Both the position numbers and the translations under genes were made by a program. Under the pieces are notes generated by a model, which saw only the letters and a list, made by a program, of their open reading frames with translations, did not search any database and was not told the origin of the DNA. A DNA stretch of 64,000 nucleotides from the human T2T-CHM13v2.0 reference genome, Homo sapiens, in NCBI RefSeq assembly GCF_009914755.1, contig NC_060926.1. One strand, given 5' to 3'. The first letter of the stretch is position 1; each line of letters starts with the position of its first letter. Below are positions 15,050 to 29,600 of the stretch, piece after piece.

Positions 15050-15680
15050 CAAAAGATGCCTGGTGACCAGATAGTCCAGGCGCCTTTCTTGGAGAGGCCA
15101 ATTCAGCAGGCTAGAGTGGGACCCAAGAATCTTGGGTTATTAACAAGTGCCCAGGGAGGGTTGAGAAACACCGCTTTAAGGCGGTGGTTCTCAAAGTGTG
15201 GTCCTTGGGCCCACAGCAACAACATTTCCAGGGAACTGGTTACAAATGCACCACCTCAAACCTGTTAAACCAGAAAATCTGGGCGTGGGACTCAGTAACC
15301 TGGGTTTACAAAAGCCTTTCAGGGAATTCTTACATGCTTTAAAGTTTGAGAACCACTGCCTTCAGGAAATGATAAACAGGCAGTAAATAACAATTTATTA
15401 ACTTAAACCATTCATTCATCGGTCCACAGCCCACCCACACCAAAAGACTCAGCAAGAATCTCTCCAGTGTCCTGGTGCCCCTCTGGTGTTAGGTGGCTGT
15501 GACCATGGTTCTAGACTCAGCCACACATTTAGAATCACCTGGGGAGCTTTTAATGCTCCTGCTGCCCAGACAGCACCCCACACCCATCAAATCAGAACCT
15601 CTGAGCGTGAGAACCAGGCATCTGCACTTGCTTAAGCTACCCAGGTGATTCCGATGTGCCGACCAGTTTGGGAACCACTG
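15050..15680. mobile_element. Cluster of three MER5-family DNA transposons (~15050-15173, 15182-15358, ~15503-15680)
   Basis: TIR-like ends cggtggttctcaaa...tttgagaaccactg and ...tttgggaaccactg; internal tagaatcacctggggagct. Confidence 0.75.
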
Positions 15681-16848
15681 TCAGAGCACCTAACAAAGCC
15701 TCTGAAATCAGACTTGCCAGAAAAGATAACAATTACAAGACACAGACAAGTAAGGGGGTAGGAGAGCATAGAGAAGGCCCAGCAGGGAGCTTCCTTCATT
15801 TATTCACTACTGTGCTTCAAAAGAAGTGTTTAGAAGCAAGGGAAGACATGTAGGAAGCTATCTTTTACAGGATAAAAAGACTAGAAAGGTTTCCCGGAAG
15901 TCACTGGGGAATTTGGAACACGCCCTCATTCTCCTGAACATGCCCCAAGACTCAAGAAGTGGATAGGTTGGAGCAGGAAGGATAAAAGTTCTCACCTGCC
16001 CCTCCTGACCCTTCCTGAACACACTTGAGCACTACCAGCCCTTTAATTCACTTCTCCTGCCCTAATGGAGATTGGCAAACAGTGGCTGAGAGCACAACTG
16101 GGTCCCAGGTTGCAGGATGATCATGAAGATGATAGTGAGAAAGACAGTGGGGGAAGGGGAAGGAAGAGGAGAAGGAAGAGGAGGGAGCTCACCTTCCTGT
16201 GAGGTTCCCATATGCTAAGCCCAGGGCCTCAGTCATTTTCTTCTTTAACTTCACACAGCATCTCCATTTGGCAGTGGATGATCTGAGGCCAGAGGACTTG
16301 CCCCAGGTCATTTCTGTGAGTGACAAAAGCACTCTCCAATAGAGACAATGAAGCCTCAAAGGAATCAAGGATGTGGGGGGCAAGCAGGAAAGAGACTCTG
16401 AGAGGGGAGACACATGAGGCCCCTGGGCGGGGCCCACAGCATAGGGAGACCGTGCAGAAGTCAGCCTTACCATCTACTTTAATCCAGGGGTGAGGTTCTG
16501 GATCGTGGGGCAGGAATGGAGGCTTCCTGTGGCATCCAGAGCAGCTGGGGTGAGGGAGAGCGCACGGGAAGCAGGCCTGTGGCAGTGGCCACGTACTGAC
16601 GTACATGGATGGATTTCCACATCCAGACAACCAATGTAGCTACATCAGTGTGTGTCAGCGAAAGGTGAGCCCTGGTTTCACCTGGTGCGGATATAGAGCA
16701 GAAGGTTTTTTGTGGTTTCAGAGATATCTTTTAAAAGCCCTTTGGCATCTTCCTTAAGCCTCGTTCTTAATGAGGTCCCAGATGTCTCAACTGGGCCACA
16801 AGCACTAGCATGTCTAACTGCATCCGTGAAGGTGGGTCCCCCTCCCCT

Positions 16849-16863
16849 CCACCAGAGGGCCCA
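16849..16863 (+). promoter_or_regulatory. Candidate CTCF site
   Basis: CCACCAGAGGGCCC closely matches the core CCASYAGRKGGCRS; lies in non-repeat DNA. Confidence 0.4.
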
Positions 16864-17739
16864 TCCTGGGGGCTCTTTTCGAAAGCCAGTGCATATAATT
16901 GTTGCATAGGAAGAACCTGATGGGTACCGTGGTAGGGAGAGCAGGGGAGAAATTCCTAAAAAATTACACAAATTTATCTCAAATTTCCCATCTGAGCTGG
17001 AAGAAATGCCCCAAAATATAACCCACAGGAGCAGCTCTTTGCTTCAATGTTGCAAGTTTTCAGTTAGACAGGAAAGTCTCAGCTTAGGCAACTTGAGAGC
17101 AAACCTCATTCAGTGAAGAGGCCCACAAGGTCAGAAGATTGGGACCTGGCTGGGAGTCTCAGGAGAATACAGTGAAAAGAAATCACAAGGTTGCTGCTTC
17201 AATGATGTAAATTGAATTGTGGAATAAACATTCATAAAGAAAAATATGGACTGATATATACTGTCAGGCAATATTATGACAAGCATTTTGCACAGATTTA
17301 AGGAAATCAGAGCACAAGAAAGGGGAAGCACCCAAGCCAATGCCTGCCTATGCCAGGCAAAGGGTGAAGCATGATCAGCCAAGCATCCAACCACCAGTTC
17401 ACAGTTACAGGGTAAAGTGAAAACTAAGCTGTTTGGTTGTGGAATGGACCTAGCACTACACAGATCCCAATCACTGACACAGCATTTACAGTAATAACAG
17501 CCAACAATTACAGAACGCTCAAAAGTCCTTTGAGAAGCAGTCAAATGAAACTCACAGCATCTGCTGTGGGAAAAATGTTGAGGATATTGTCCACTGTATC
17601 ACCCAGGTCCCCACAGGAAAGACCCCATTAAAAAATTTCTTCTTTTTTTTTTTTATTGAAAGCTGAGACGAGCTTTACTTCCCTTGAGGAAACAGTCTGG
17701 TCTGTTTTGTCATTCCTGAGCACGAAAATGATGTCCTAA

Positions 17740-18077
<338 letters not shown>

Positions 18078-18251
18078 TTTTAAAGCTTCGGGTAGCTCAC
18101 AAACTCAAAATTCAAATATAGCAGAGGTCTTGATCGCCTATACCACTCATCTCAAAACCATTTTTTAATCTCACCGTCCCCATAGGGAAAAATTTAAGGA
18201 TAACTCCCTACTAGATGTATATTTATTTATTTATTTATAAATCATATACAT

Positions 18252-18540
18252 GGTCAGGCATGGTGGCTCATGCCTGTAATGGCGGCACTTTGGGAGGCTG
18301 AAGCAGGTGGATCCCTCGCATCCAGAAGTTTGACACCAGCCTGGGTAACATAACAAGATCCCATCTCTACAAAAAAAATTAAAAATTAGCTGGGCATGGT
18401 GGCACATGCCTGTAGTCTCAGCTATTTGAGAGGCTGAGGAGGGAGCATCACTTGAGCCTGAGAGGTTGAGGCTGCAATGAGCTATGATTGTGCCACTGCA
18501 GAGTGAGACCTTGTCCCTAAATAAATAAATAAATGAAATA
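18252..18540 (+). mobile_element. AluJ
   Basis: J diagnostics (gaggctgcaatgagctatgattg); (TAAA)n tail. Confidence 0.85.
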
Positions 18541-18648
18541 CATGTACATCTATTATTACCCAATATTTTAAAGTGTAATATACACAGAGGCCAAGGCTTG
18601 TTGTCAATGACTGAGGATATAAATCCATATTTCAAAGGGTCTTCTAGG

Positions 18649-18985
<337 letters not shown>

Positions 18986-19227
18986 TCACACCTAGCTAGT
19001 TTGGACTGTCATTGCGTTTACTTCTAATGAGGCTAACAAAGAACTTGTCTGAGTAGTAGGAGAAGCACCAGCTTTGCTATTTTCTTATTTGCTTGAATAT
19101 AATGCTAGCATGTGAAGTAAAAGAAGCAGTTTCTGTGCAGAAGTATAAGTTTCAGCCGCTATCCTCCTTCTGTGAGGATTCACATAAACATGAAGAGTAT
19201 AAGCTGCAAACCCATGGAACCAGACAC

Positions 19228-19508
19228 AGGTGACATTAAATCAAGACCCAAAGGAAGTGACGGAGCCAGCTAGACAGTTATCTAGGGGAAGAGCGTTGCA
19301 GGCAGAGTCAACACCCAGTGGAAAAGCCCTGGGGCAGGAGTGTGCCTGGCTTGTGCAAGGAACAAGGAGCCCCAAGTGGCTGGAGAGAAATGAACGAGAG
19401 GAGTTGGAGAGGAGCTCAGAGACTTCACGCAAGTCCAGATCCCGCTGGGCCTCACAGACCATTGTAAAGATTTTTGCTTTGGCTATGAGTGAGAAGGCAA
19501 GCATGAGT
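19228..19508 (-). mobile_element. LINE-2-derived segment, paralogous to 5063-5330
   Basis: Colinear high similarity to 5063-5330. Confidence 0.75.
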
Positions 19509-20106
19509 GTACTGCAGGATACCACAGCCTGCCGAGAGCAGCCAAACAAGGGAGGTGGCCCTGCCTGCCTCCCTGTGGTGTGGAGCTCCTGCCCCGCGTT
19601 CCTCAGGGCCCTGTGGCTTCCCTTGGTGTCGTGGGCTGGTAGAGTGAAGCATATGCCAGTTTCCATGTTAAATATGACTAAATCTTCATGCCTCTCCTTT
19701 TAGGATGAAGAGTGACTGGCTAAACATACCTAAACATTCTAGTATTAGCATATGTTTTTTCCCATACCACAGTTGATTCTGAGGATACACACTACTTTGG
19801 AACTCACCTATTTGTCCCTCTATCCATTTTTACCTTTTCCTGGTCCTGACTCGTGTTTTTTTCCTTGCCCTCACTCTTGAATTTTATTTATAGTAACCAT
19901 TATTTTTGCCTGGGTTCTCATTAAACCCTTTATGGGATAGAAGTACATATTTCTACATGTTGTGAACAGAATGGATGCAAGAAACTGAATGAGGCCTCCC
20001 ATTCTCAATGTCCATCTTGTTATCTTGCCTAATCACACATTTGGGAACCTGTAAGTTTGGGATTCTTCATGAGCCTTTATCTGCAAACATTTCAAGGTCA
20101 TGTTCA

Positions 20107-20199
20107 GAGGAATAAATGAAACATGATTATCCACTACAACATGATTATCAACTGAGGAATAAATGTAACATGATTATCAACCAGCATTGATTATCAACT
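20107..20199. repeat. ~47-bp tandem duplication containing four TGATTATC cores
   Basis: gaggaataaatg(a/t)aacatgattatc...tgattatcaact occurs twice. Confidence 0.85.
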
Positions 20200-20233
20200 G
20201 AAACTGAAATACCTAGACTTTAACAAGATGTTA

Positions 20234-21014
<781 letters not shown>

Positions 21015-23272
21015 ATCTGCCTTAAAACTTGAGATTTTCATTAGCAAAGGATAGGATCCCATATTAGAATTGCATTTAGTAGATTCTGACTCTAGACCAT
21101 CAAGTTAGAACTGATTCCGATTTTGTATGTGTGTATCCATTCAAAGATTCATTATATATTACCACCCAGGGGTATTTAAAATAAGAAATGTCTTGGGAAT
21201 ACATTACACAGGATAGAGGCCCTGAACATTATCTCTCTGTGAATGTACAGTTAGTATTAGCCATGGTGTTTGGACATGACTGAAAGCACTTTTTCTGTCT
21301 AATAGAACCCTGCCATTGCTTTAGACAATCAGAAGCCTTCTCAATAAGTACATCAGGTTTTGCAAACCTGATCCTCCTTCAGAGGCATGAGGGAAGCCCA
21401 CTGAGTGAAACCCACAGTGAATTTTGGAGGTAATACTTCCGTCTTATAATGTGAACAATCACACTCTAGCACATCTGGATCAGAATTGGAAATGTTCACT
21501 TATTCAATTTTCCTAAGGCAGCACAATTTCACTAGTGATTTTAGCAGACTAAAAGAAAATCTCTAAAACAAACCCAAATGCAAACCTAATAATGGCTCAT
21601 GATTTCCCTTTTGAAGTCTCATCTCAGCCACTGCTATGTGTCCCCTAGAGATCTCACTGGAGAGTTGGTCACTGGGTTTTTGCAACTTTCCCATAGACCT
21701 CACTTCAACAGCTAGAGATGTGGGCAGATGCTGAGTAACAATTTTCCTTCCATTGCGGAACATGAGTCAGGGAGGGAATTCGCTGTGCAATGACACACAG
21801 TTCGCATCTTTCAGGTGCCAAATGTTCAAAGGATTAAAATACCTCCACTGGCCACTCCACAGAATAAGATAGACAGTGGCCCAATCGTGAGCTCACACTG
21901 CACCCATGACTTCGCACTCCAATCGGGAGGGCTGTGTCGTTTAGAACTAATCAAAGAGGGAGCCTAAAAGAGACAGGTTCTCCTTTCATGGGCCTCGTGC
22001 TCCCTCACCATACCTGCTCACTCAGGTTTACAGGAATAGTTGAGGAATCGGAATTGTTCCATTGAGCTGAAGAGTAAAACATGTTGAAGATGAGGATTGA
22101 ATTATCTGTGTACTTCACGAGTGATGGAATTGCCATAGCAAGAGGCGTGGTTTCCAGAAAGCTGACAGCATCTGAGCACATTTGCCCATCCCACGACCAT
22201 TACCTCCAATCCATAAAGAAGGGAGGAAACCTCCCTCTCTGTTTTATATTTATTCCCCTCTGAAGGGAAAGAAGAAAATGATAAAATTAGGAGGCTGCAC
22301 ACTGCCTGAGACATTTACATTTAAGCTGGACCAAACACTACCCATGTATCACAGGCAACAATTTCGCCCTAACAGGGAAATGGACTAAGTGACTTAATAG
22401 GTATTTTCCATCTCTAATTTCCATGATTAAAAGAAAGAGGTTGAGAGGGGTACATGTGGAGCCTATTGTGAGTTTGCCAATGAATCCTAATTTAGATCAA
22501 AGAGAGTCTATGTGACACTGAACCATAAACACCCTAGTGTGCGTTACTTCAAGGAAGTTGTTAGTATGTCCCCCGATGGCTATTATGTGATATAGTTGCG
22601 CTCGATAGCCTGCACCCTTTAATTACTAATATAGAAGAAAATCCCATATAAGAGGGAGGAATGTAAATGAGACCTCTGCTCTTTTGAACATTTTATGCAT
22701 TTGCCAAATTAAAATTTGCTGTGGACTTTGGTTTTCCCTGATTGCTGTTGGTAGTGATCATTTGGCTCATGGGATTAAATCCAACTTCCCAAAAACTATT
22801 TCCGATCAGTGTGCAGATTTCAGATATTTATATGTGCTTTGCACTGAGACATGAATCATCAGAACCAGACTGGGGACAACTTCTTTGAAGTTTTGAAAGG
22901 TATGGAAGAAATTCTCTTTCTTCTCTTTCATTCTCATCTTTCTGCCGATCATTGTTCAAGGGCAGGTTGAAGGGGCTGCAACTGAAAGAGGGGCTCCAGG
23001 AGTCCAGAGGCACAATGTCATACCACACTCATGCACTGCCTGCACTATGTGCATGTAGCTTTCGTGCACAGAGGACACCACTTGAAGGACTCAGGTCTGG
23101 ATCAGTAAGCATGACCGTACTCACTTCAGTGGGGGTTGCTCACATTGAGTTTTAAAGCACAATTGCAAGACGAGGGCAACCACAAACGTCAACTGGATCA
23201 GCACGATTTTAATGATACTTCCATCTTTAGGATTTTTCTGTCCTCAGCCCACCTGTAGAAAAAAATAATTGA

Positions 23273-23420
23273 CTACTCGGGAGGCTGAGGCAGAGAATCG
23301 TTTGAGCCCAGGAGTTAGAGGCTGTAGTACGCTGTGATCACACCTGTGAATAGCCCCACTTTGCTCCAGCCTGGGGCAATATAGTGAGACGATGTCCCTG
23401 CAAAAAAAAGAAGAAGAAGA
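23273..23420 (+). mobile_element. FAM fossil Alu monomer, 5'-truncated
   Basis: Retains the 7SL-derived cctgtgaatagcc segment that dimeric Alus lack. Confidence 0.75.
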
Positions 23421-24654
23421 CTTGATAACAGCTTTGCACTTAAATTAACAGCTGAGTGTAGAATCAGACCCTGTACAAAAGCAAAGGTGCTTATTAGACT
23501 GAGTGACTGTGGAAGATGTTAACCATTCAGGGAGATCTGCCATGCCCAGTACTGCATCTTGTTCAATAAAGCAAACTCCTTCTTTGCCATCTGTCTCATA
23601 CTACAAAGAGATAATAATAATGAAATCATTGCTTAATGAGTAAACTAAGTAGATGATAATTCCCTAGTAGATCATATTGGTGTTCTTCTCCAAAGGCTGC
23701 CATATTCTCAATGAGGCAGAGAACACAGGGGAGAGCGCGTGATTGTGCTCAGACGGGGATGCCTAAAATCAAAAACCAAGGCAGCATATGTCAGTATTTA
23801 AAGCCCCATCAAAGAAACATCCAACTTTTCAGCTGTAACCCAAATATAAATTTTCCTTACCCTGTCAATTAGCAGATTACAAAACTTCTGTAGCAGGAAG
23901 ACCATTCTGCCAGCAAAGCCGTAGTGTTTGGAATGGGTCCAGGTCAGACAGATGGTGTGGAAAGAGGGTGCAATGAGACGTTTCCTATCAGCAAAGTCAA
24001 CTGTTCTTCCATGCAGCACAGGCAACCTTTGAAAGGAGGAGCCACAAGGTGAAGTGTGTCTCCCATGCAGCTGGAGAAGCGTACAGATGTCTAGAGGCAC
24101 CCAAGTGACACGACAAGCACAACAGTGGGCTGCCTTAGGAGAAGCATTTAGAAAAGAAAAATATGCAAAGTATCAAATAACTGGAAACCTTGTTCTTTGA
24201 TGCCTAAAAAGTGCCCCCCACCCTAAGCTGATGAGCATAAAAAGCAGAGTCATATCTTCTCCAAGCATGATATTAGGATAACAGAGAGTTCTTGACTTCT
24301 TTGGAATGCTGACTGTGCTACGTACAGTCAAATGATATAACCATGGGAAGAACACAAAGGATATTTGCTATACTATTATTAAACGTCACCTGTGCATGTC
24401 ACAGTCTATTTGCAAAACTCATTCACTTATAAATAGCACCTACTCGGTTGCACAGAAAAGCTTGATTCAGGAGTGAATGATTCATAAAGTTAGTATGCGT
24501 AGGAACAATAACAGTCCACTGAATCTTAAGTTTTAAAATGAAAATACTGATGACTATTTTAACAATTTTTAACTTAAATTTCCTTTCATTATGATCAAAG
24601 AAGCAAAGCTACTTCATTAACGTAAATATTTTTAGGCCAATAAAAGTGTCTTTG

Positions 24655-24971
<317 letters not shown>

Positions 24972-24999
24972 TTAATCATGACCAGCCACTTGTAAACAC

Positions 25000-25205
25000 C
25001 AACAATGCCCGAAGCACTTTACCTGTGTCAGCTGACTTAATCCTCTAAACAACACTGCAAGATGGATTTATTGTCATCATTTTAGAGGTAAGAAATTAAA
25101 GACCCAAGAAAAGAGCCTGGCCATGCTCTGACAGTAACTCACAGCACCACTACTCTAATTCCAGGGATCTAGTTCAAATGCCTACTTTTTCTCCATTCCA
25201 TCACC
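25000..25205 (-). mobile_element. MIR
   Basis: ttaatcctctaaacaacactgcaag...cattttagaggtaagaaattaaagaccca. Confidence 0.6.
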
Positions 25206-27032
25206 ATGCCCCACAAAGCGGGAGGTGGCTATTTGCTGCAAGTTCCAAGTCAAACTGTCTTCAGATGGAGAAGTACCACCTGATGATGCAGATTGATTGG
25301 CTTAATGCAAAAGGGCCGGTTGTAGTTCAGTCATAATTCCTGTTTCAGCTAGCTCCAGGTGTTGGCTTGTGGTGCATGATTTTGCACCTTGAAGTGTTGT
25401 GTGCCCAAGCACAAGCTGGAGTCCTACCTTGAGGTAGTTCCTCCTGAAGGTGTTCCTGTATGACCAGGAACCTGGGTCCACCTGGCTACCTGTCTTCTAC
25501 CAAGTGAGAGAGAGAGAAACACAAAAGGTGGTTGTGGCAATTTTGACTTTCACAGTGCCCTCCTCCACCAAGTCCTGAGTCTTTTTCTGCTACACGTTTT
25601 GCTCACTCACCCACAGATGCTTGGGGTGCGGGGTCTCTCAGCTGAAATCGTGTAGAGAGGAGACATTGAGGCCATTATCCTGACAGTACTGGGTTAAATT
25701 CTTTTCAGCTGCTCTAGCAAAAGTGGACTCTGCCTTCACACAGAGGCTGGGTTTTCTTTGACATGATCTTGATCGAACAGAATAGGAGAGAACTCACATG
25801 TCATGCTCTGTCTACAGCAGGCCCTGATTAAAGGGAATAGAGACCTGGCATCACATTTGATGCTACAGAGATTTCAAAACCAAGGCCAGGTTGACCTGCC
25901 AAGCCTGGAGTGGAATTTTATGACTAGTACCACTATTTTCACTTCAGAGTAAACTATAAGGAAGAGGATCCAGTGATTAAAACAACAAGTAACTTGGTCA
26001 TCAGTTTAAGCTTTTCAACCCAGGCCCCTGCCCTATATCCACACCCTGCAGAGGGGGAGAAAAAAAAGCACAAAAGCCTCATAGAAGTAACAATTGCTTA
26101 TTTTAATGTTGGCAACTTATAACTGACAATTATGTTGTTAATTGATAGTTATTTCAATGAGTTGTCATCCATGTAGATCGTTCAGATTAGCAGTGTTGTT
26201 TTTGCATTGTGATTAAACCACTGGGTAGCTGCATAAAAACTGTTGTCATCTATTACAGATACATTCTAACATCTCAGAAGAAAAAAAGGGCCAAGCCCCA
26301 TTAAAGATACAGACGATTTTTAAAAGAGGCTGGGAGTCACAAAGTCTTGTTAAAATATAATTTTCACCAGAATTCTAGATTAATGAAATGTAACATTTAA
26401 TTAGAGAAATTCCTTTCTATGTAAATGAAGTATTAATTACACAAATGTCAGTAAAAGAGGGAGCAATCGTCAGCAGTGAGGTTACCAGGCACACCAAGGA
26501 AAACATTCCTCCTGCCTAGAATGAGGCTGACAGAGACCCCAGGCTTGTCCTTGGAACTGACTCTCTCAAATTCAGGACAGGTGGCCAACTACAGGATACA
26601 GCTGGTTTCTTTTTAGGACTGGAGACCAGAGCAAGTAAAATCCCACAAGTTTAGCCTGAAGGAAAGGTTTAGAATAAGTTCACAGTCCAAGACTAAATAG
26701 CATTTATTAGCTCTACATATAAAAACAAAACAAAACCCTCTACTATATCTTACTTAAAAGTTTTCTATGGCTTCAAATCTTGAAAAAAACGGATTGGATT
26801 TCTAAGTTATTCCACTGTATAGAAGCTTTAAGCTGTAGTCATTTTATTAGCAATAGAAAAGTGATCTTGGACATCCGCTGGCAACAAAGCCAGAAGCCCA
26901 AGCTGGCCCCTCCTAATCCACAGGGCAGTCCTGGCCACAAGGTGGCAGTTGCCCAAATCTTAGGCAAAGTGACCTGTTGGAACTAAAGAGTCTAGAAGAC
27001 ATGTCATAGAGTTTTAACATAAATTTGGATGA

Positions 27033-27448
<416 letters not shown>

Positions 27449-27589
27449 CATACATCTTTTTAAATTGCTCTTTTGTGGGAGTTGCATCTATGCAGTATTA
27501 CCTACATTTCTCTGACTCTCTGCTCCTGATGCCTCCGCAATGTTGCTACCCCCTCAATTAGCATTGCTGTGCTACTGTCCCGTTTGAGG

Positions 27590-29600
27590 ATGCAGTGGAT
27601 CTGTGTGGGTTTACACTGCACAGAATTTTTTCCTTTCTTCTGACAAAAGGATTCTTATTTTCTTTAGATAACCACTCCTCACCTACACTCTTCTCTATGG
27701 GTTGGGTGGGCCAATCACCACCTCTGAGGCTCAGAGCTGGGCATGTATCTCAGGTCCAACCAGTCAGGTTATTCCATTCCTCAGGCCACAGTTAATATAT
27801 TAGAGATAAGCACAGAACCCAGTCAGTCCAATAAGAACCCACCTTACAGCTTTTTCTGAAACTCCTGGGAAAGAGAAAGGAAGCACTCTTTCTTTAAGGT
27901 GGGGAGAATGTAAGCTTGGAGATGCTGGGCCATCACATGGGTAGAACCTGATGAGAGACAGGCTTTCACAGGACAAAGCAGAGTCAAGGTAGAGGAGTTC
28001 CTCACAGGTGCATAGATTAACAATTGGAAAAGTGCTTTATATATTTGTACTAGGGTTGAGTAAATAGGTAAACATATTGTAGGTAAAGAAAGCCAGGTTT
28101 CTCACTGTCAAAGAAAGAAATTAAAATCAGGAAAGGGGAAAAGTCTAGAATGAACCTTGAGATTCTGGGATTAGAATTGGAGGTACTAGTGTGAACTCAT
28201 GGTTTTTTCCCCAATATAGATCCAGATAGATAATACAGAAATAAATACAGATATATGTATGTGTGCATGTATGCATGGGAAAATACATATATTTGCTAGC
28301 CTTATCTGCTAAGCAGGCATAGATGCAATGACATCCCAGTAATGATGAGCACACCTACCACCCAGATCTTGGGTTCTAAATACCATTCTCCAATAAAAGG
28401 AACTGGGACTCCTTGGAGAAGTGAATGAATCCATGGCTGGGGTAGAGAAAATATAAAATGAGCCTGTAATATCTGTTGGTGCTGGAAAGTAGGCAAGAGC
28501 TCAAAAAAATGATGAAGGCATATCAGAGAGCATAAAAGAGTTCCCCAAAGCAAAACCTGGAACCATATGAGCAACAAAATAAGTATTGGATTATAATACT
28601 TGAATAAAATAAATATTTATGATATCAATAAATTTTATTTTTTCAACAAATAAGTGAACAAATAAACAGAAAAGATACAGAAAAAATCCAACAAATGTAG
28701 AAGAAATGAGGGAAATAGAAAATTACTAATAGAAAAATATAGTAAGAAATTTTGCAGGAAAGTCCACCAATGGTCTCTAAAATTAGTGGGGAAAATTTTG
28801 AGGAGAAATAAGATAGTTGCATAGTCTCAAAGTATCTCATTCCAGGTATTTAGTAATGACAAAGGGTATAATAACGTTCCATTGGAGAAACCCAGCAGAC
28901 ATCACTTAAGGTTAACGTTCTCTGTAATATGATATGTCGACATCGTGTACAACTAATTTGATGGCCTCAGAAGCCTGTAATAATTCCTAAGACATTCTTA
29001 CCACAAATGCATAACCTCAGGCTAATCATAAGAAAAGAGTGGACAAGCCCAACTTGAAGGACATTCTGCAAAATAACTGGCCACTGCTTTTTAGAAATGT
29101 CAAGGTCATGAAAGGTGGCAAAGATTGAGGAAATGTCATAAAATGGAGGCCACTAAGGAGGCATGACCACTAGCGGTGACATGAGACCCTCGACTAGATG
29201 CTGGAACAGACTTTAATGGAAAAACTGGTGAAATTTAGTCTCTGGTTTTATTGTATTGTACCAGTGTTAAGTTCTTGGTTTTGGTCACTGTTTTATTGTC
29301 ATGCATGACGTTAATGTGAGAGGAGACTGGGTGCAGGGTATGCAGAAACTTTCTTTACTATTTTGCAGCTTCTCTATAAGTTTTAAATTACTCCAAAAGA
29401 GTTTTTTTTTTTTGTTTTTTTTTTTTGACGTAGCAGGTGAAAGTAGAGGGTCACTGAAGATTAAAGGGCAAGAAAAGGAGGAAAGGAACCGGAGGACCTG
29501 ATGACATCATGTGAGCTTCTGAGCCACGCTATGATGGAAGCTAATTTACTCCAGGGCTTTCTGGTAGTTCCTGGACAAGTGTGCAAATAAATTCACTACA
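27590..29600 (+). mobile_element. LTR16-like ERVL LTR split by an L1MC (LTR pieces ~27590-28000 and ~29490-29600)
   Basis: ggccacagttaat...gcacagaacccagtcagtccaataaga in the first piece; cctgatgacatcatgtgagc...gcaaataaattc in the second. Confidence 0.55.
28005..29400 (+). mobile_element. L1MC (L1MC3/4-like) 3' end
   Basis: ctagaatgaacc...ggattagaattggagg; cccagatcttgggttctaaataccattctccaataaaaggaac; ends in ctttactattttgcagcttctctataag. Confidence 0.8.

Noticed and set aside
19230-19703. 157-aa and 141-aa overlapping ORFs, and the related 5076..5516 ORF
   Set aside because: L2-derived; the peptide similarity reflects DNA duplication, not a gene family.
20107-20199. Repeat-spacer appearance suggestive of a CRISPR array
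   Set aside because: Eukaryotic context, cores of only ~11 bp, and the spacers are themselves duplicated.
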